Source: an uncultured Paraperlucidibaca sp. (GTDB taxonomy: Bacteria; Pseudomonadota; Gammaproteobacteria; Pseudomonadales; Moraxellaceae). Taken from it: a stretch of DNA of 64,000 bases. Numbering within the stretch: the stretch's first letter is position 1; every line of letters starts with the position of its first letter. The position numbers were made by a program, and so were the translations under genes. Under the pieces are notes generated by a model. The model made no database searches and was not told the origin of the DNA. It saw only the letters and a program-made list of their open reading frames with translations. The stretch is from positions 1,486-65,485 of the forward strand of contig CAZEEQ010000014.1 in assembly GCA_964511255.1 (NCBI GenBank). Reading direction: 5' to 3'. This document shows positions 61,275 to 64,000 of this stretch, one piece after another.

Positions 61275-61730
61275 CTAGCCTCTGGGTCGGGCGGCTAACC
61301 ACTTGTCGAGCTGATTAGCGAAGTTCTGACGATCGGCGAGCGATAGTGGGGGCGGTCCGCCGCGCACCATGCCGGCATCACGCAGATCGCTCATGAGATC
61401 GCGGATGGCCAGACGCTGGCCTATCGACTCCTTGGTGTGGCGCTGGCCGCGCGGCGTCACGGCCGCCACACCGGCCTTCACCAGTTCGGCCGCCAGCGGA
61501 ATGTCCTGGGTGACCACCAGATCATCCGCTGAAGCATGCTGAACGATGTAATTGTCGGCAACATCGAAGCCCGGCGGCACCTGCACCGCCTTCACCGGCA
61601 GCCCGGCCGGCAACCGCACCGGCTGGTTGGCGACGAAGGTGATGGCGACGCCGGTGCGCTCGGCGGCACGCAGCAGAATGTCTTTCACCACCTGCGGACA
61701 GGCATCGGCATCGACCCAGATGGCGGCCAT
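61275..61730 (-). CDS. YaiI/YqxD (DUF188) family protein
   Basis: IWVDADACP, GFDVADNYI, VTQDIPLA, FANQLDKWL. Confidence 0.92.
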   Translation of the reverse strand: MAAIWVDADACPQVVKDILLRAAERTGVAITFVANQPVRLPAGLPVKAVQVPPGFDVADNYIVQHASADDLVVTQDIPLAAELVKAGVAAVTPRGQRHTKESIGQRLAIRDLMSDLRDAGMVRGGPPPLSLADRQNFANQLDKWLAARPRG

Positions 61731-61753
61731 CAAATCCTCGCTTGCTTCATGCA

Positions 61754-62422
61754 TCAGGCCCGCCAGTGCGGGGGATAAGTGCGATTGTAGCCCGGCAATT
61801 CCTCGATCTGGCGGGCCCAGCGGTCAATAGCGGGGAAGTGCGGGCGGTCGAGCTCGTGCATGACTGGCAGCCCCCCTTTCCGATCGGCGCCGAGGGTGGC
61901 GCGCCAGAGCAGCTGCAGCAGCGGGAAGAGACGCAGATCCGCGGCCGACAAGGCGTTGCCGGCCAGCCAGGCGGTCTTGCCCAGATCGGCATCGAGACGT
62001 TGCAGCTCGGGCAGGGCCAGCGCCACAGCCGCAGAAATATCAGCCTGGCCGGCGGCATCCCAGGGCTTGAAGAACGTCGTGCGCGAGATGGTCATGATCG
62101 GCGGCTCGACATAGGAGATCAGCGCCGAGACCGCCTGCATGACTGCCGTTTTTTCGGCCGCGCCGCGCCCGAACAGCGACGGCTCCGGATAGCTCGCCTC
62201 CAGCCAGGTCAGAATGGCCAGCGACTCGCTGATGACCGTCTCGCCGTCGACCAGCACCGGCACCTTGCCCCGCGGATTGATGGCCAGGAACTCGGGCGTC
62301 TTGTGCTCGCCCTGACTCATCTGCAGCAGCTTCGACTCGTAGTTCAGCCCTTTGACTTCAAGGGCGAGCAGGACGCTCCAGGCAAAAGGGCTGCCGCTGC
62401 CCCAGTAGACGGTGATGCTCAT
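61754..62422 (-). CDS. Glutathione S-transferase
   Basis: [29 protein letters not shown]; start moved to ATG 62422. Confidence 0.9.
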   Translation of the reverse strand: MSITVYWGSGSPFAWSVLLALEVKGLNYESKLLQMSQGEHKTPEFLAINPRGKVPVLVDGETVISESLAILTWLEASYPEPSLFGRGAAEKTAVMQAVSALISYVEPPIMTISRTTFFKPWDAAGQADISAAVALALPELQRLDADLGKTAWLAGNALSAADLRLFPLLQLLWRATLGADRKGGLPVMHELDRPHFPAIDRWARQIEELPGYNRTYPPHWRA

Positions 62423-62468
62423 GAGGTGACTCCGGACACAAATGGCGAGACCGTCATCTTGCGACGGC

Positions 62469-62861
62469 TCAGGGTTGGCGGACAACAGAAGATTTACCGG
62501 TGGCACGTGGCTTGCGGACAGACGGCCGCTTCGCCGGATTGGCCGCCAGCAAGGCAAGATGGGCCCAGGGCCGCATCACCTCGGGGTCGTCGAAAGCCGC
62601 CTCGGGCACACCGTGAAAACCCATGGTCACCGGCTTGCCTTCGCGCGGGTAGACCCAGGCCGGCAGGGCGTCGGCCTCGAATACCGGGCGCGTCGCGTCA
62701 TTGACCTTGAGATAGAGCACGCCGGCGATCATGACCGCGAAGAAGCGCTGGTCGTGATAGAAACCGTAGCCGCCGAACAGGCGCTTGCACTGCACCGGAC
62801 CACGCAAAGCCTGTTCGAACAGGTCGGTGACGGTATTGGCGAAATCACGGTGAGCGGTCAT
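62469..62861 (-). CDS. TfoX/Sxy N-terminal domain protein
   Basis: [15 protein letters not shown]...[15 protein letters not shown]...WA. Confidence 0.85.
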   Translation of the reverse strand: MTAHRDFANTVTDLFEQALRGPVQCKRLFGGYGFYHDQRFFAVMIAGVLYLKVNDATRPVFEADALPAWVYPREGKPVTMGFHGVPEAAFDDPEVMRPWAHLALLAANPAKRPSVRKPRATGKSSVVRQP

Positions 62862-62889
62862 GACAGCTCCAGATCAGCGTCACCGGCGC

Positions 62890-64000
62890 TCACGCCGGCA
62901 GAAAAGACTCGATGACGCGGTTGAGATAGCGCTGCCCCAGCGGCGTCGCCACCAGCGGCGGCAGCTGGCCCGGCGGCCCCTCGGCCTGCAGCAGCCCGCG
63001 CGCGCGCAGATCCTGCAGGACAGTCGCCACGACATCATCCGTGAGACCGGTGCGCTCCCGCCAGAGCCGGGCCGGGACGCCCTCGATCAGGCGCAGGGTA
63101 TTCAGCATGAATTCAAACGGCAGCTCATCGGCGGCAATGTGCTGGGCGCTGGCACGGAAAGCCGCCGGCATGCCGGTGGCGGCGGCCTGGGCAGCGCCAA
63201 GATAGTCGCGCGGCGTGCGCGTCTTGGCGGTACGCACAATGCCCAGACCATCCGCCGTGCCTGCGCTGAGTTTGCCATGGGCACCGGCGCCAATGCCGAG
63301 GTAGTCGCCGAACTGCCAGTAGTTCAGGTTGTGACGGCAGCGATGGCCCGACTGCGCATACGCTGACACTTCATACTGATCGTAGCCCTCGGCCGCCAGC
63401 AGCGCCTGGCCGGCCTCCTGAATATCCGCCAGTACATCCTCTTCCGGCAGCACCGGCTGCTGACGGTAGAACACGGTGTTGGGTTCGAGCGTGAGCTGAT
63501 ACCAGGACAGGTGCGTGGGCCGCAGCGCGATGGCGCGACGCAGGTCATCCAGCGCCTGCGCGACCGTCTGCCCGGGCAGACCGTGCATGAGGTCGAGGTT
63601 GAACGTGGTGAAGCCTGCGGCTCTGGCGGAGTCCGCCGCACGGATGGCCTCGTCACCGGAGTGGATGCGGCCTAGCGCCTTGAGCTGCTCCGCCTGGAAG
63701 GTCTGCACGCCGATGGAGAGACGGTTGATGCCAACCGCGCGGTAGCCCTTGAACAAGCCCTGCTCGACCGTGCCGGGATTGGCCTCGAGCGTGATCTCGA
63801 TATCCGCCGCAAAGCGCAGACGACGGCGCAGGCCGGCGAAAAGCGCGGCATAGCCATCCGGCGAGATCAGCGAGGGCGTACCACCACCGATGAAGATGGA
63901 GACGATCTCGCGCGCGGCGGCACCGGGGAAGTCGGCAAGATCCTGATCGAGGTCCGTCAGCAGCGCGGCGATGTACGCCGCCTCGGGCAGGCTGTCACCC
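62890..64000 (-). CDS. hemW: Radical SAM heme chaperone HemW (5' end runs off the window)
   Basis: SIFIGGGTPSL, ITLEANPGT, NRLSIGVQ, NLDLMHGLP, YEVSAY, HNLNYWQFGDYLGIGAGAHGK. Confidence 0.93.
   Translation of the reverse strand, partial: GDSLPEAAYIAALLTDLDQDLADFPGAAAREIVSIFIGGGTPSLISPDGYAALFAGLRRRLRFAADIEITLEANPGTVEQGLFKGYRAVGINRLSIGVQTFQAEQLKALGRIHSGDEAIRAADSARAAGFTTFNLDLMHGLPGQTVAQALDDLRRAIALRPTHLSWYQLTLEPNTVFYRQQPVLPEEDVLADIQEAGQALLAAEGYDQYEVSAYAQSGHRCRHNLNYWQFGDYLGIGAGAHGKLSAGTADGLGIVRTAKTRTPRDYLGAAQAAATGMPAAFRASAQHIAADELPFEFMLNTLRLIEGVPARLWRERTGLTDDVVATVLQDLRARGLLQAEGPPGQLPPLVATPLGQRYLNRVIESFLPA

Overview
GC-rich gammaproteobacterial chromosome segment. The gene order coaD-fdx-laoABCR-yheT-rsmD-M16 pair-ftsYEX-rpoH-thiS/thiG-trmB-hemW resembles Pseudomonadales; the taxonomy is inferred from synteny only. 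Three things sit in this housekeeping backbone. (1) An MNIO/DUF692 RiPP locus (HvfA/bufferin-like E[GA]KCG-repeat precursor, HvfB, HvfC, DoxX/HvfX) with an ECF sigma/anti-sigma pair; three copies of a shared candidate promoter motif CTGTAA-N17-YATCT are visible. (2) Lipid/alkane-type catabolic genes (IVD, BVMO plus esterase, lao-like alcohol/aldehyde oxidation). (3) The most striking element: a ~24 kb locus between thiG and trmB. It is a tightly coupled 13-gene operon encoding a two-protein PUFA-synthase-like iterative PKS (ER-KS-AT-ACP2-KR and KS-AT-DH-PPTase), a free ACP, a GT1 glycosyltransferase, a hydrolase, a methyltransferase, two stand-alone HxxxDG condensation-type acyltransferases, a MacAB-like exporter and a lipoprotein esterase, with a divergent TolC. 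It is a candidate secreted glycolipid pathway whose product I cannot identify. No rRNA, tRNA, CRISPR array or transposase was recognised. All calls come from reading motifs by eye; no database searches were run.
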